Shown in pieces: positions 9,301 through 17,382 of a stretch of DNA of 64,000 nt; position 1 is the stretch's first letter, and every line of letters starts with the position of its first letter. Made by a program: the position numbers and the translations under genes. The notes beneath the pieces are model-generated. The model searched no databases and was not told the origin of the DNA. It worked only from the letters and a program-made list of their open reading frames with translations. Source of the stretch: Syntrophorhabdaceae bacterium (GTDB lineage Bacteria; Desulfobacterota; Syntrophorhabdia; Syntrophorhabdales; Syntrophorhabdaceae); assembly GCA_963666485.2 (NCBI GenBank), contig CAXXUO010000002.1, positions 224,001-288,000 of the forward strand, given 5' to 3'.

Positions 9301-12300
9301 CTGTATCTGCTCCGATTCGCCGACCGTCATCTTCCGGCCGTCCACATCACGCTGGACAACGACCCAGACAGGTGTTGTCCCCGGCTTCCGGAAAGACGCC
9401 GTATTGCGTGACTGGGAACCGCCTTTCGTTTCGTATGTCGGGTTCTTCGGGTCGCCGAAAACAGCGTCGGGGTTGCGCTCCCATACAAATGAGAACGAAC
9501 CGCCCGCCGGTTTGTCGCCGGAAAAGACCTCAGCGAGGAAAGTCGCCTTCCCGCCTATCGGGATGCTGTTCTCCTTCGGGCTCTCCTTGGTGATCTTGAC
9601 CTTCAGGCCCGTGCACTGGATAGCCAGGCTGGCGGCTGCGCTGTTGTCATCCTGGTCCGTCACCGTGACGCTTGCGGTGCATGTCTTGCATTCACGGGTG
9701 TTCAGTACTTTTGCACGGTCTTCCTTTGCATCCTGGGCGCACCCGCCCCAGGTGAATTTGTATCCGCCGGATCCCTCGCTGGCCTCGGCTACGAGGTCGA
9801 CGATATCGCCAAAATCGGCGGGGTTCTTCGATGCGGTAAGTTTGACCGTAAGAGGCTTCGTGTGTTTCTTGTTCTGGTCGCGCCTCATCTTGTCGGCGAG
9901 CGCCGGGTCGTAGGTCCCCTTTCCATAAGCCCCTTCCCAGCAAGTCTTTGCGCAGTCGTTCGGGGCGCCGAAGCTATGCCGTCTGGTCGCTCCAAAGGCA
10001 CCTGCCCCGCCAAAACACGGGCCGGAGCTTTTTGCCTCGGGTATCGATTTCTCTTCCGGGTCCCACCATACGCCGATGTGCCCCGCCCAGCCGCAGTAGC
10101 ACCGGCACAGGCAGTTATAGTAGCGTGCGTCGAGTTCCTCTTTCGTCGGCGGCGGGGTGCAGCCCTGTTCCAGGGCGGGTTTGCCCCTTTCGACACAGTC
10201 GTCAGGCTTTGTTGCCGTAACGGTCCGCGTCTGTTTCTTCGTTGCCCTGCTGCATTCACCCCATTCGGAATATTCGTAAGAGCACGTGGGCGCCTCTTTT
10301 TTCGTCGTAGCCGCCGTATCGGTCGAGGGCGTGTCCGGCTTCTTCACATCCTGGGTCTTGTCCGGCGGCAGTTCTACAACAACCGTTGCGCAGCCTCTTT
10401 GTAACGCCTTGCCCGACAACCCGTCCTCAAGTGCGACGACCGGCAGGCCTGTGACATACCAGTCGTACTGTTCGGTCACACAGACCTCATAGTTCCCCGG
10501 GGTATCGAGGGTCAGTTCCGCCGCGCCCCTGTATTCTTTCAGCATTTCCCTGCCGTTTAAGGTCCAGACAAACTGCCGGCCGGAGCCCGGTTTCGCATGG
10601 ACCCCGCCGAGGCATTTCGCATGCTCTTCGATGTCCTTCCTGATCGCGGCCGTGTCTTTGCTGTCCGTCGCCGAAAGCCGGACGGTCCCCTTTTCTTTGA
10701 GCCGGGCCGGGCTTGCCGTGACAGTGATGCCCTGTTCTTCAAGGGACTGCCGCAGGGCATCCGTCTCGTTGACCTTGAGCTGGCGGTTGTCGAGCCACGT
10801 CTTCACCACAGGCTGAAGGCATTTATTGATGAGGGCCTGCTCAACCCCTTCGTCATGTTTTGACTCATAATCGTCATAATGTTTTGACGCGGCCTTGGCA
10901 TGGCACTTCAGAAGGGAGATCAGGTACGGCGGTATGAGTTCCTGCCGGAATTTGTGCCCCATCTCCAGGCTTTTCCTTAAGCCCTGGGAATCATATATCC
11001 GGCATGCGAGGCTCCCGTCATCGACAAGCTGTTCACACGTCTTGTCCTCGATATTCTGCTCCCTGCCGGGGACCGTGTAGATGCCGGCGATGAGGTCCAT
11101 GCAGTCCTGCCTGCTGACGACCGCCCCGTACCCGTACTGGCTGATCCAGTCGACAAGCAATTCCCCCGTGGTCATAAATATGACGCTGAACAACTGGGCA
11201 TAACCGAAGGTCGGGTTGGCGAGGCCTGCAATATTTGCCGCAAGGCGTGCACTTGCCTTTGCCGCCCCTTCCTTTTCGATGGCAGCCGGGAACTCCTTGA
11301 GCTCCCAGAGCATTATGAGCGACATGAACCAGTTCTTGTACGCGAACCTTGCGCCGCTCTGCAAGGTAGCGAGAGCACTTCCTGAGGCCTCTTCAAGGTT
11401 TACACGTAAAGTGGCCCACTTTCCCTCACCTTCGAGTATCCCCTTGAGAAAAGCCCGGTACCGCGCGGAAGCCTTCGCCGCCATTGCCTCGAGTGCGGTG
11501 AACTCGACATTGGCCTTTTTCGTCACCTCCGAGCCGAGCTTGTTTGCTATCTGCCTCGATTTGGCCAGCATTGCCTTTGCATCGTCGGCGGATTCAAATG
11601 CGGCCTTTATCGCGTCATCGACCTGGCCCTCGAGGCTGTCGAGGTCTTTCACCACGGCGCCTTCGGGGGTGACCCCGCCGAGCTGGCGTGCACTCTTCAG
11701 CCGGTCTTTCGCCCGTTTCAGGTTCTTCTTCGCCGTGTCGAGCTTCCCTTCTTTCAGCGCCTTCTGGGCTTCATTCAGGCTGTATTCCGCCGACTGCACG
11801 TACCCTTTCAGGTTGGCCTCACCTACCTGTTCGGCCGTGTGCTCCGCTTCCGCCGTCGCCTTGTGCACAAGTTCATATGAATCCGAACCCTCTTTTGCGA
11901 CAAGCTCCGAGACCTGGACCCTCTTACCTGTCTCGTATCCCTGGCGGATGAACTTCGTGGGGGTTGTGTAAAGGCCCTCCGCCGCATCCTCACCCACCTC
12001 GAGGAGGTTCGGGTAATTCCCCATCTTGAGGAATTTGGCGATCGCCTCTTCATTCTGCTCGATCCCTTTCATGAGCTGGGCGGGCGGATAGAAATTGACC
12101 GATTTCAAAAGCAGCTGGATCTGTTCCGTGCTGTATCCCGCCTTCTGGGCCATAGCGAAGATCTTCTTCCTGAGCCGGCCCTGGAAGGCTTTCCAGACCT
12201 CTCGCGCCCGTTCAGGTGACACATCATCCAGCGAGATGAACAACCGGGCGTCATGGTCGGACGGGTCCGCAAGATTGAGAAGGGGGTTCCTGTAGCCTTC

Positions 12301-12483
12301 GCCGGATATCCAGGACCCCTGTTTGATGACCTTGAGGAATGGGTTGCCCATATCCAGGAGGACCCCGTCCATCGCCTGGCTGACAAGATGCGACGGCTCC
12401 ACGGAGACCGCGAAGAGCAAGGCCGGGAATACCAGGGAAAAGATAATGACAGCTGCCGTGGCCAGATGTTTCGGGGTGCGCAT
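6349..12483 (-). CDS. giant exported multidomain protein (2044 aa): Ig/PKD-like, TSP1-like, Cys-rich and TPR modules
   Basis: Long ORF with GGAGG RBS and signal peptide; beta-rich PKD-like repeats (YQWTVAP, YKFTWG); TPR repeats in the C-terminal third; YSEWGECS motif. Confidence 0.85.
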   Translation of the reverse strand: MRTPKHLATAAVIIFSLVFPALLFAVSVEPSHLVSQAMDGVLLDMGNPFLKVIKQGSWISGEGYRNPLLNLADPSDHDARLFISLDDVSPERAREVWKAFQGRLRKKIFAMAQKAGYSTEQIQLLLKSVNFYPPAQLMKGIEQNEEAIAKFLKMGNYPNLLEVGEDAAEGLYTTPTKFIRQGYETGKRVQVSELVAKEGSDSYELVHKATAEAEHTAEQVGEANLKGYVQSAEYSLNEAQKALKEGKLDTAKKNLKRAKDRLKSARQLGGVTPEGAVVKDLDSLEGQVDDAIKAAFESADDAKAMLAKSRQIANKLGSEVTKKANVEFTALEAMAAKASARYRAFLKGILEGEGKWATLRVNLEEASGSALATLQSGARFAYKNWFMSLIMLWELKEFPAAIEKEGAAKASARLAANIAGLANPTFGYAQLFSVIFMTTGELLVDWISQYGYGAVVSRQDCMDLIAGIYTVPGREQNIEDKTCEQLVDDGSLACRIYDSQGLRKSLEMGHKFRQELIPPYLISLLKCHAKAASKHYDDYESKHDEGVEQALINKCLQPVVKTWLDNRQLKVNETDALRQSLEEQGITVTASPARLKEKGTVRLSATDSKDTAAIRKDIEEHAKCLGGVHAKPGSGRQFVWTLNGREMLKEYRGAAELTLDTPGNYEVCVTEQYDWYVTGLPVVALEDGLSGKALQRGCATVVVELPPDKTQDVKKPDTPSTDTAATTKKEAPTCSYEYSEWGECSRATKKQTRTVTATKPDDCVERGKPALEQGCTPPPTKEELDARYYNCLCRCYCGWAGHIGVWWDPEEKSIPEAKSSGPCFGGAGAFGATRRHSFGAPNDCAKTCWEGAYGKGTYDPALADKMRRDQNKKHTKPLTVKLTASKNPADFGDIVDLVAEASEGSGGYKFTWGGCAQDAKEDRAKVLNTRECKTCTASVTVTDQDDNSAAASLAIQCTGLKVKITKESPKENSIPIGGKATFLAEVFSGDKPAGGSFSFVWERNPDAVFGDPKNPTYETKGGSQSRNTASFRKPGTTPVWVVVQRDVDGRKMTVGESEQIQIQVVKPGITLKAEPAEPLVGQEVKITLTEQPKLDQQTVSYWWEAAGNTQSGGAATQDQKTYTYKPKDDKPVTVTAHAKAKDGGDEIGVEKITVTAKKPSVTVTGPKIAGPPPMIWKEGVGLVSADRQIAEGQRVEFAASVTPATENLRYQWTVAPEGCSISGPSSKETGVTCSKTGSYTMTCAVKSADGADLGSGTGSLSVTISQSDVSTGKKKDEAKKKLDSAKQLWSQKKYDEAIAAAEDAAKTDPKLAAPVLNQFSQDCKKMGWDALNKADHKEAIKRLEQAVKLNPADADAKKKLEEAKKYADAWPRVEAKTKEFDAFIAQKKIWSAQKAMLEIQDILREQAGGQASTNPLWARVTADFNKGIAWYNDFSQKSNAEWTRLFKAEDWEKAEVHVKQVLTYELNPADKKHYEAALGTINTMLAMKRDAMQYYETAKANFARGVPSDPNAIAAVVKELKDKAARFKADDPRRAQINELAAAMEKKQKNANAKAYAQSFFNTGDQYYRSYNFEAASTSYEQGLKAMRDNGDIKDPDYAKYSKLKEDAGLKDKRFKELYAYVAGLATTTQPLDEATIKKGIASAEEGLKIRPRNGDMEIHGNKLKGKLNELQQAKAKKDDAARKCEAKWTEGQALYNAGKHADALAKFKENIACAPGNKQRVTYAAQLDDSLKKQAAAKQACQALRQQGDALAQQKRYADAIDKYRESLKCQPDPKLQDYIRQLEAELKKQADARAIEARAKVLRSEGEAFQKQNKIPEAVMKYKEYLKYAPNDTAMANYIKTLEAKYAADQKNSQHAMQLRQQGEQLQKQNKIPEAIAAYREYLRYAPNDTAMANYVKQLEASYAASKPGTQTGRVYTAKPVETSHGPAAAVSFSGSWKSSAGREGEVITFSLTSSGTRITGTFSVNVPYKTSSGARQTETLGGPLEGTIAGNTAKGTFREASDAKNSGTFSFVMDGSGNQFSCTVRATEGGDSRTYAVQRIR

Positions 12484-12580
12484 GCAATCCCTCCGGATAT
12501 TTGTTATAAGGGTATCAGGTCAATCCTGATGAAAAGATATGGGCGGCGAAGGCATCGATACATCCTCCGCCCCGATTAGC

Positions 12581-12609
12581 AATATATTAGTCGTACAATG
12601 TATTGTCAA
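12581..12609 (-). promoter_or_regulatory. sigma70-like promoter for the leftward operon (giant protein)
   Basis: TTGACA (12609-12604), 17 bp, TATATT (12586-12581); a GGGCGG/CCGCCC hairpin lies in the predicted leader (12541-12572). Confidence 0.6.
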
Positions 12610-12671
12610 CATATTTTAGCAATCCCGTTTTTCCTTGTTTTTAAAGGTATTTTCGGCACCTTTATCTCTCG

Positions 12672-12701
12672 TTGACAAAATTTTCAGCTCATGGTTATAC
12701 T
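12672..12701 (+). promoter_or_regulatory. sigma70-like promoter for the rightward operon
   Basis: TTGACA (12672-12677), 18 bp, TATACT (12696-12701). Confidence 0.6.
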
Positions 12702-12817
12702 ACGTTCAACAGGAATCTTTTTGGGGTGGACATTCCGCGTTTAATCTCGTTAGCGCATGTCCCGTTTTCACCAGGCATCAGAAGTTAAAAAACATTTATT
12801 TTTACATGGAGGTTGGT

Positions 12818-13678
12818 ATGAAAGCATTACCTTCAGTCATTGCAGTTGTCGTCCTTTCACTTTTCATTCTCGGCCTCGCGGGCGAAGCCCCGGCGGGACC
12901 ATCCGGTGCAAAAGCGATCTTTGACAGCGGTGAAGGGCCTGCAGTCCGGATGTCATCAGGCGGCGGGACCGCAAAACCGGCCACGCAGACGGCTTCAGCT
13001 CCTGCCAGAGAAAAATATGTCGGTGTATCCTATAAGCTTGTACTCCTGCGCGACAATGGCTCCTTTGACATTGTCAGCAAGGCGCGTACCTTCCGTACCG
13101 GCGAGAAGATAAAGCTCCTCGTCCGGACCAACAGGCCCGGCTACCTCACGATCATGAATATCGGTACGTCCGGCAACTCAACCGTCCTGTGCAGCGAGCA
13201 GGTAGAGCCCGGCGCAATGGTAGAGATCCCGAGAACGGGTAATTTCCGGTTCTCCGGCCCTGCGGGAACAGAAAAGCTTCTCGTCATGCTTTCGTCCCAG
13301 CCGAATCCCATGGGCGGACCTTCGTCATCGACGGTAGCATCCGCACCGCCCCCTCCTCCGGCTGATGCATCCTCCACGGCTGCACTTCCCCCGCCGCCTC
13401 CTCCGGGTTCGTCGGACGCGGCAAACGTGCCGCCTCCACCGCCTCCGAGCGGCGCGGTCATGACGGCGTCACTTGAGGGCTCCAAGGATATAACGCTCGA
13501 CAGCAACGGCACGAGTTATGGCGTCGTTAACCCGAAAAAAGGCTGGAAGCCCGAAGCACGCGGGAAAAAAGACATTATCATGGAATCGGCGGGTGGTGAG
13601 AATTTCGGCGTCGTGCCTGCATCATATGTGGCGGACGGCAGCATACTCACGCTCGAAATAAAGCTCAAACACAGATAA
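12818..13678 (+). CDS. exported DUF4384-like protein with Pro-rich linker
   Basis: ATG 12818 after GGAGG; signal peptide; FRTGEKIKLLVRTNRPGYLTIMNIGTSG...GPAGTEKLLVMLS resembles DUF4384; three poly-Pro tracts. Confidence 0.75.
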   Translation: MKALPSVIAVVVLSLFILGLAGEAPAGPSGAKAIFDSGEGPAVRMSSGGGTAKPATQTASAPAREKYVGVSYKLVLLRDNGSFDIVSKARTFRTGEKIKLLVRTNRPGYLTIMNIGTSGNSTVLCSEQVEPGAMVEIPRTGNFRFSGPAGTEKLLVMLSSQPNPMGGPSSSTVASAPPPPPADASSTAALPPPPPPGSSDAANVPPPPPPSGAVMTASLEGSKDITLDSNGTSYGVVNPKKGWKPEARGKKDIIMESAGGENFGVVPASYVADGSILTLEIKLKHR

Positions 13679-13687
13679 GGAGCGGCT

Positions 13688-14515
13688 ATGAAGAAAGAAA
13701 GTATCAGGTTTCTCATCATTGCTTTCATCGGGGTATTCTTCCTGTACTCGTGCGCTTCCATGCTGCCGAATCCCGATGAGATAAAAACGGAAGAAGACCG
13801 CATTCGGGCGAGAAATCAATGCATAGCTATGTATACAGCCGGTGGAGCCCTCGGCGGTGCCATTATCGGCGGACTGATCGGCGGCGATTGGAAGGGGGCC
13901 GGTATTGGTGCCGCGATCGGGGGCGGTATCGGTTTCGCATATGCCTGGGGTAAATGCCTTTCACTGTACTCCACCCTGAAAAGCACCCAGACGGCAGGTT
14001 ACCAGGAGACTGCGCAGAAGACCGGGTACAATCAGTCGCAGGGCGAAGTCGTCAAGATACAGAGGTTCAACATCACTCCGGTATCCGTCGCGCAAGGCGG
14101 CTCGGTTAAACTGAACGGCTCCTATTATGTCATGGCCCCTCCCGACCGGAAAGAGATCAAGGTGACGGAAACGCGGATCGTGAAGTATTTCGATCCTTCC
14201 AAGAAAGAGTTCGTCGATCTCGGACAGGTAGACCAGGAAGTGACCGCAGCACCGGGAACGCGGACTGCGGACGGCTCTTTCGACATTCCCAAGGATGTCC
14301 CGGAAGGCCGCTATAAAATCGCATTTGTCGTCAATGCAGAAGGCAAGTCGGACATGGTCGAGCGTGAGCTCACTGTCCGGAAAGGGACCGCGTATGTCCC
14401 CGGCTTTAACATGCAGGCCTTCGACCGGCCGGTTACGTACTCCGCCCAGCAGGTCATGATCGTTGAGGAGGTTTCCCTGCTCCACAGAACGGCAGGCGGG
14501 TCTGTCGTGAGGTAA
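13688..14515 (+). CDS. glycine-zipper lipoprotein with Ig-like C-terminal domain
   Basis: Lipobox-like LYSC; glycine zipper GGALGGAIIGGLIGG..GAGIGAAIGGGIG; AAGGAG RBS. Confidence 0.8.
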   Translation: MKKESIRFLIIAFIGVFFLYSCASMLPNPDEIKTEEDRIRARNQCIAMYTAGGALGGAIIGGLIGGDWKGAGIGAAIGGGIGFAYAWGKCLSLYSTLKSTQTAGYQETAQKTGYNQSQGEVVKIQRFNITPVSVAQGGSVKLNGSYYVMAPPDRKEIKVTETRIVKYFDPSKKEFVDLGQVDQEVTAAPGTRTADGSFDIPKDVPEGRYKIAFVVNAEGKSDMVERELTVRKGTAYVPGFNMQAFDRPVTYSAQQVMIVEEVSLLHRTAGGSVVR

Positions 14516-14520
14516 GAGAT

Positions 14521-15765
14521 ATGAAGCTTCTGAAGATCCTTTTTTGTGCTGCACTTTGCCTGGCCTTCCTTGCTGCCCCGGGCGGCAGGGTGTGTGCCCA
14601 GACATCGCCGGTTACAGACGGACATTTAAATGCCATCAACAACAGTTTCAAGCAGAACAGGGTAACGAACGGTTTCGCTGAACTCGACTCGTATGGCCGG
14701 GTCCAGCTTAAAGGCGGATACGAGGACGACAGGCAGGTTGACCTGGCCTTCTCGCTTGCCCAGCAGATCGTCGGTGTAAAATGGGTCTCCCCCGTCACCC
14801 CGGACAATATCAAGGTCAAGGAATGGGAGAAAAGGATCGGCGGTCTTTTCAGCCGGGCCCGCGTTATCAAGGAGGTTGGACCTGACTCGTCCGTGCCGGG
14901 TTCGGTGCGCAACCGGTACGCCCTGGTCGTCGGTGTCGGCCAGTTCAAGTACGGTATCCAGTCCCTGCAGTACACGGTGCGGGATGCCTCCAGTTTTTAC
15001 AGCTTTCTCGTGAATCCGCAGGGAGCGGGGTTTCCCCGCAACAACGTGTATTACCTGACCGACCAGACGGCAACCCGGGACAATATCGTGAAATACCTCA
15101 ATACCATCAAGTCCCAGGCGGGGCCGGACGACCTCGTGGTCATTTACATGTCGAGCCACGGGACGCCCCCCGATAAGTTTGGCGGTGTTCACATCGTTAC
15201 GTACGACACCGAGGTGAAACCGCGTGAGAAGGTCTGGCACACGGCTATCACGGAACAGATGCTCAAGGACTTTGTTGAGAATTTAAGGTCAAAGCGTCTT
15301 GTGATGATCCTCGATACGTGCTACAGCAACGGCGCCTACCGCTCCATACCCGGTTTTCTGCCGCCGGGCGGCAAATCCCTTGGCGCAGACGAAGATGAGG
15401 GATACGGCATATCCCGTGACTACGGAAAACGGCTTCTCGGGTCCAAGGACATCGTCCTCGATGACGAGCCGAAGAAAAAAAGCTCGGGCAAGAGCATAGA
15501 CAGCCAGGACGGGTACGGCAAGGTCCTCCTGTCTGCCAGTAGCGCCGGAGAAAAATCCTGGGAATCCGACAGTCTCAAGAACAGCGTCTTCACGTACTAT
15601 TTCGTCGACGGTTTAAAGCGGTATAACGGTTCCGTAAAAGATGCATTTACATATTCCAAGCCGCTTGTTTCCCAGAGGGTAAAACAGGAAAAGGGCGCCG
15701 ATATTTCGCAGACCCCGCAGGCGATGGCGACGAGCGACAACTGGAACATGCGCATTACGAAATAA
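14521..15765 (+). CDS. exported caspase-family (peptidase C14) protein with N-terminal BON-like domain
   Basis: Signal peptide; GRVQLKG...AQQIVGVKWV is BON-like; RYALVVGV...RDA, catalytic SSHG and LDTCYS. Confidence 0.9.
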   Translation: MKLLKILFCAALCLAFLAAPGGRVCAQTSPVTDGHLNAINNSFKQNRVTNGFAELDSYGRVQLKGGYEDDRQVDLAFSLAQQIVGVKWVSPVTPDNIKVKEWEKRIGGLFSRARVIKEVGPDSSVPGSVRNRYALVVGVGQFKYGIQSLQYTVRDASSFYSFLVNPQGAGFPRNNVYYLTDQTATRDNIVKYLNTIKSQAGPDDLVVIYMSSHGTPPDKFGGVHIVTYDTEVKPREKVWHTAITEQMLKDFVENLRSKRLVMILDTCYSNGAYRSIPGFLPPGGKSLGADEDEGYGISRDYGKRLLGSKDIVLDDEPKKKSSGKSIDSQDGYGKVLLSASSAGEKSWESDSLKNSVFTYYFVDGLKRYNGSVKDAFTYSKPLVSQRVKQEKGADISQTPQAMATSDNWNMRITK

Positions 15766-15800
15766 ATATGAACTTTTAAATAAAGAGGAGGGAACTATAG

Positions 15801-16451
15801 ATGAGGAAAATGGTATTCGTTGTGACGATAGCATTTCTGGTGTCTATCGGGTTGATGGGAACGGGCTGCGACAAGATGCCGTGGAACAAGCCGAAAGCGG
15901 AGCCTCCGCAGCAGGCAGCACCGCCGCCGCCTCCGCCGCCGCCTGCGCAGGAAGAGAAGAAAGCCGAGCCTGCGGCCGCTCCTGACAAGAAAGCAGCATC
16001 AGGCGAACCGAGTGAAGCCGCCAAGGCGAACCTGAAACAGGCAATGCAGTACATCAATACAGCGAAGAGTACCAAAACCAATCGCAAAGAGAACATAGAG
16101 AATGCAATAGCCGAATATACGAACGCGATCAATAAAGACCCGAATTATGCCGAGGCCTATGCAGGACGGGCCGGTGCATATATGCTGCAGGACAAGAACA
16201 ATAAAGCCCTCGATGACCTCAAGAAGGCAAAAGAGTTGAAACCTGACAGCGCGAGCATCCGTTACAACCTGGCATGCGTCCATTCATTGATGGGAAATAC
16301 CGACTATGGCCTCGATGAACTCGACGCAGCGCTTTCCAAGGGTTTCAATGACTACGACTCCCTGAGGAAGGACCCGGACATCAACAATCTCCGGAAAAAA
16401 GCGGAATTTCAGAAGATACTGGAAAAACACAAGGTGTTTATCACGAAGTAA
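15801..16451 (+). CDS. TPR lipoprotein with poly-Pro linker
   Basis: GTGC lipobox, PPPPPPP tract, TPRs (AIAEYTNAINKDPNYAEAY; RYNLACVHSL). Confidence 0.85.
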   Translation: MRKMVFVVTIAFLVSIGLMGTGCDKMPWNKPKAEPPQQAAPPPPPPPPAQEEKKAEPAAAPDKKAASGEPSEAAKANLKQAMQYINTAKSTKTNRKENIENAIAEYTNAINKDPNYAEAYAGRAGAYMLQDKNNKALDDLKKAKELKPDSASIRYNLACVHSLMGNTDYGLDELDAALSKGFNDYDSLRKDPDINNLRKKAEFQKILEKHKVFITK

Positions 16452-16472
16452 AATAGGATAGTAAAACGCTCT

Positions 16473-16515
16473 AAAAACCCTGCAGATACTATGTATTTGC
16501 AGGGTTTTCTTTTTT
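16473..16515 (+). terminator. intrinsic terminator closing the caspase operon
   Basis: AAAACCCTGCAGATAC-tat-GTATTTGCAGGGTTTT hairpin followed by a T tract. Confidence 0.8.
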
Positions 16516-16786
16516 GCCTTCCTTGATTCATCGGACCTTCCTTGCCGGTCAACTGATTTTCACAAATCAGCTCTTTTTTTCACAAGGAGAGTGTCGGGTC
16601 TCGTCTACACGCCTTGCATTGATACAATGGTATTATGTTGTCATATTTGATGCATCCATTCTTGGTATCCCATCAATAGCTGATCCGGCCAGCATTTCAC
16701 TTTTTTTCTTTCTTCTGTGCACTATCATCTTTGTTGCAATCGCCCGGGCAGTATGTTAAAAAATTAACAAGCGAGGTTATAAAAAA

Positions 16787-17239
16787 ATGAGCAATTTTCT
16801 CGACAAGTTGTCCGTCAGGCAGATGACGAAAGATGACCTTGATGCAATTACAGAGATCGATACCCGGGTCCTCGGGGATCCGAGGCGCGAATACTGGGTG
16901 ACCAAGATCATAAAACAGGCCGAGAACAGGCCCCCCGATGCCTCGCTTGTCGCCGAAATAGACGGGAAGGTCGCCGGGTTCATACTCGGCGAAGTAAGCG
17001 GCTGGGAATTCAAGATACCCAACAACATCGGCTGGATCGATACCATAGGCATTGATCCCGATTATCAGAACAGGGGCATTGCCAAGGTCCTCGCAGTAGG
17101 CCTCATTGAAAACCTTCAGAAATACAGCGTCAACACGATATACACCCTCGTCAACTGGAACGACTGGGACCTTCTCCAGTTCTTCCACGCCATGGGATTC
17201 TCGCGGGGGGATATGATCAATCTCGTGCTGAAAGTCTAA
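16787..17239 (+). CDS. GNAT-family N-acetyltransferase
   Basis: Motif A IGIDPDYQNRGIAK and C-terminal FFHAMGF. Confidence 0.9.
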   Translation: MSNFLDKLSVRQMTKDDLDAITEIDTRVLGDPRREYWVTKIIKQAENRPPDASLVAEIDGKVAGFILGEVSGWEFKIPNNIGWIDTIGIDPDYQNRGIAKVLAVGLIENLQKYSVNTIYTLVNWNDWDLLQFFHAMGFSRGDMINLVLKV

Positions 17240-17379
17240 AAGACGGTTCCACGTTCCACGTTAAAAGAATCAAACCATCCCTTTTTCAAGAATTCCAAGA
17301 TTATCGTAATGTAATACAGGGAAGAATTAGCGGGTTTTTTAGCGTGGAACGTGGAACCTGGAACGTGGAACCGTCTTTT
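17238..17379. repeat. intergenic element bounded by inverted heptamer arrays (TTCCACG)n...(CGTGGAA)n
   Basis: 21-bp perfect terminal inverted repeat AAAAGACGGTTCCACGTTCCA around an AT-rich core, between convergent genes. Confidence 0.8.
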
Positions 17380-17382
17380 TTT

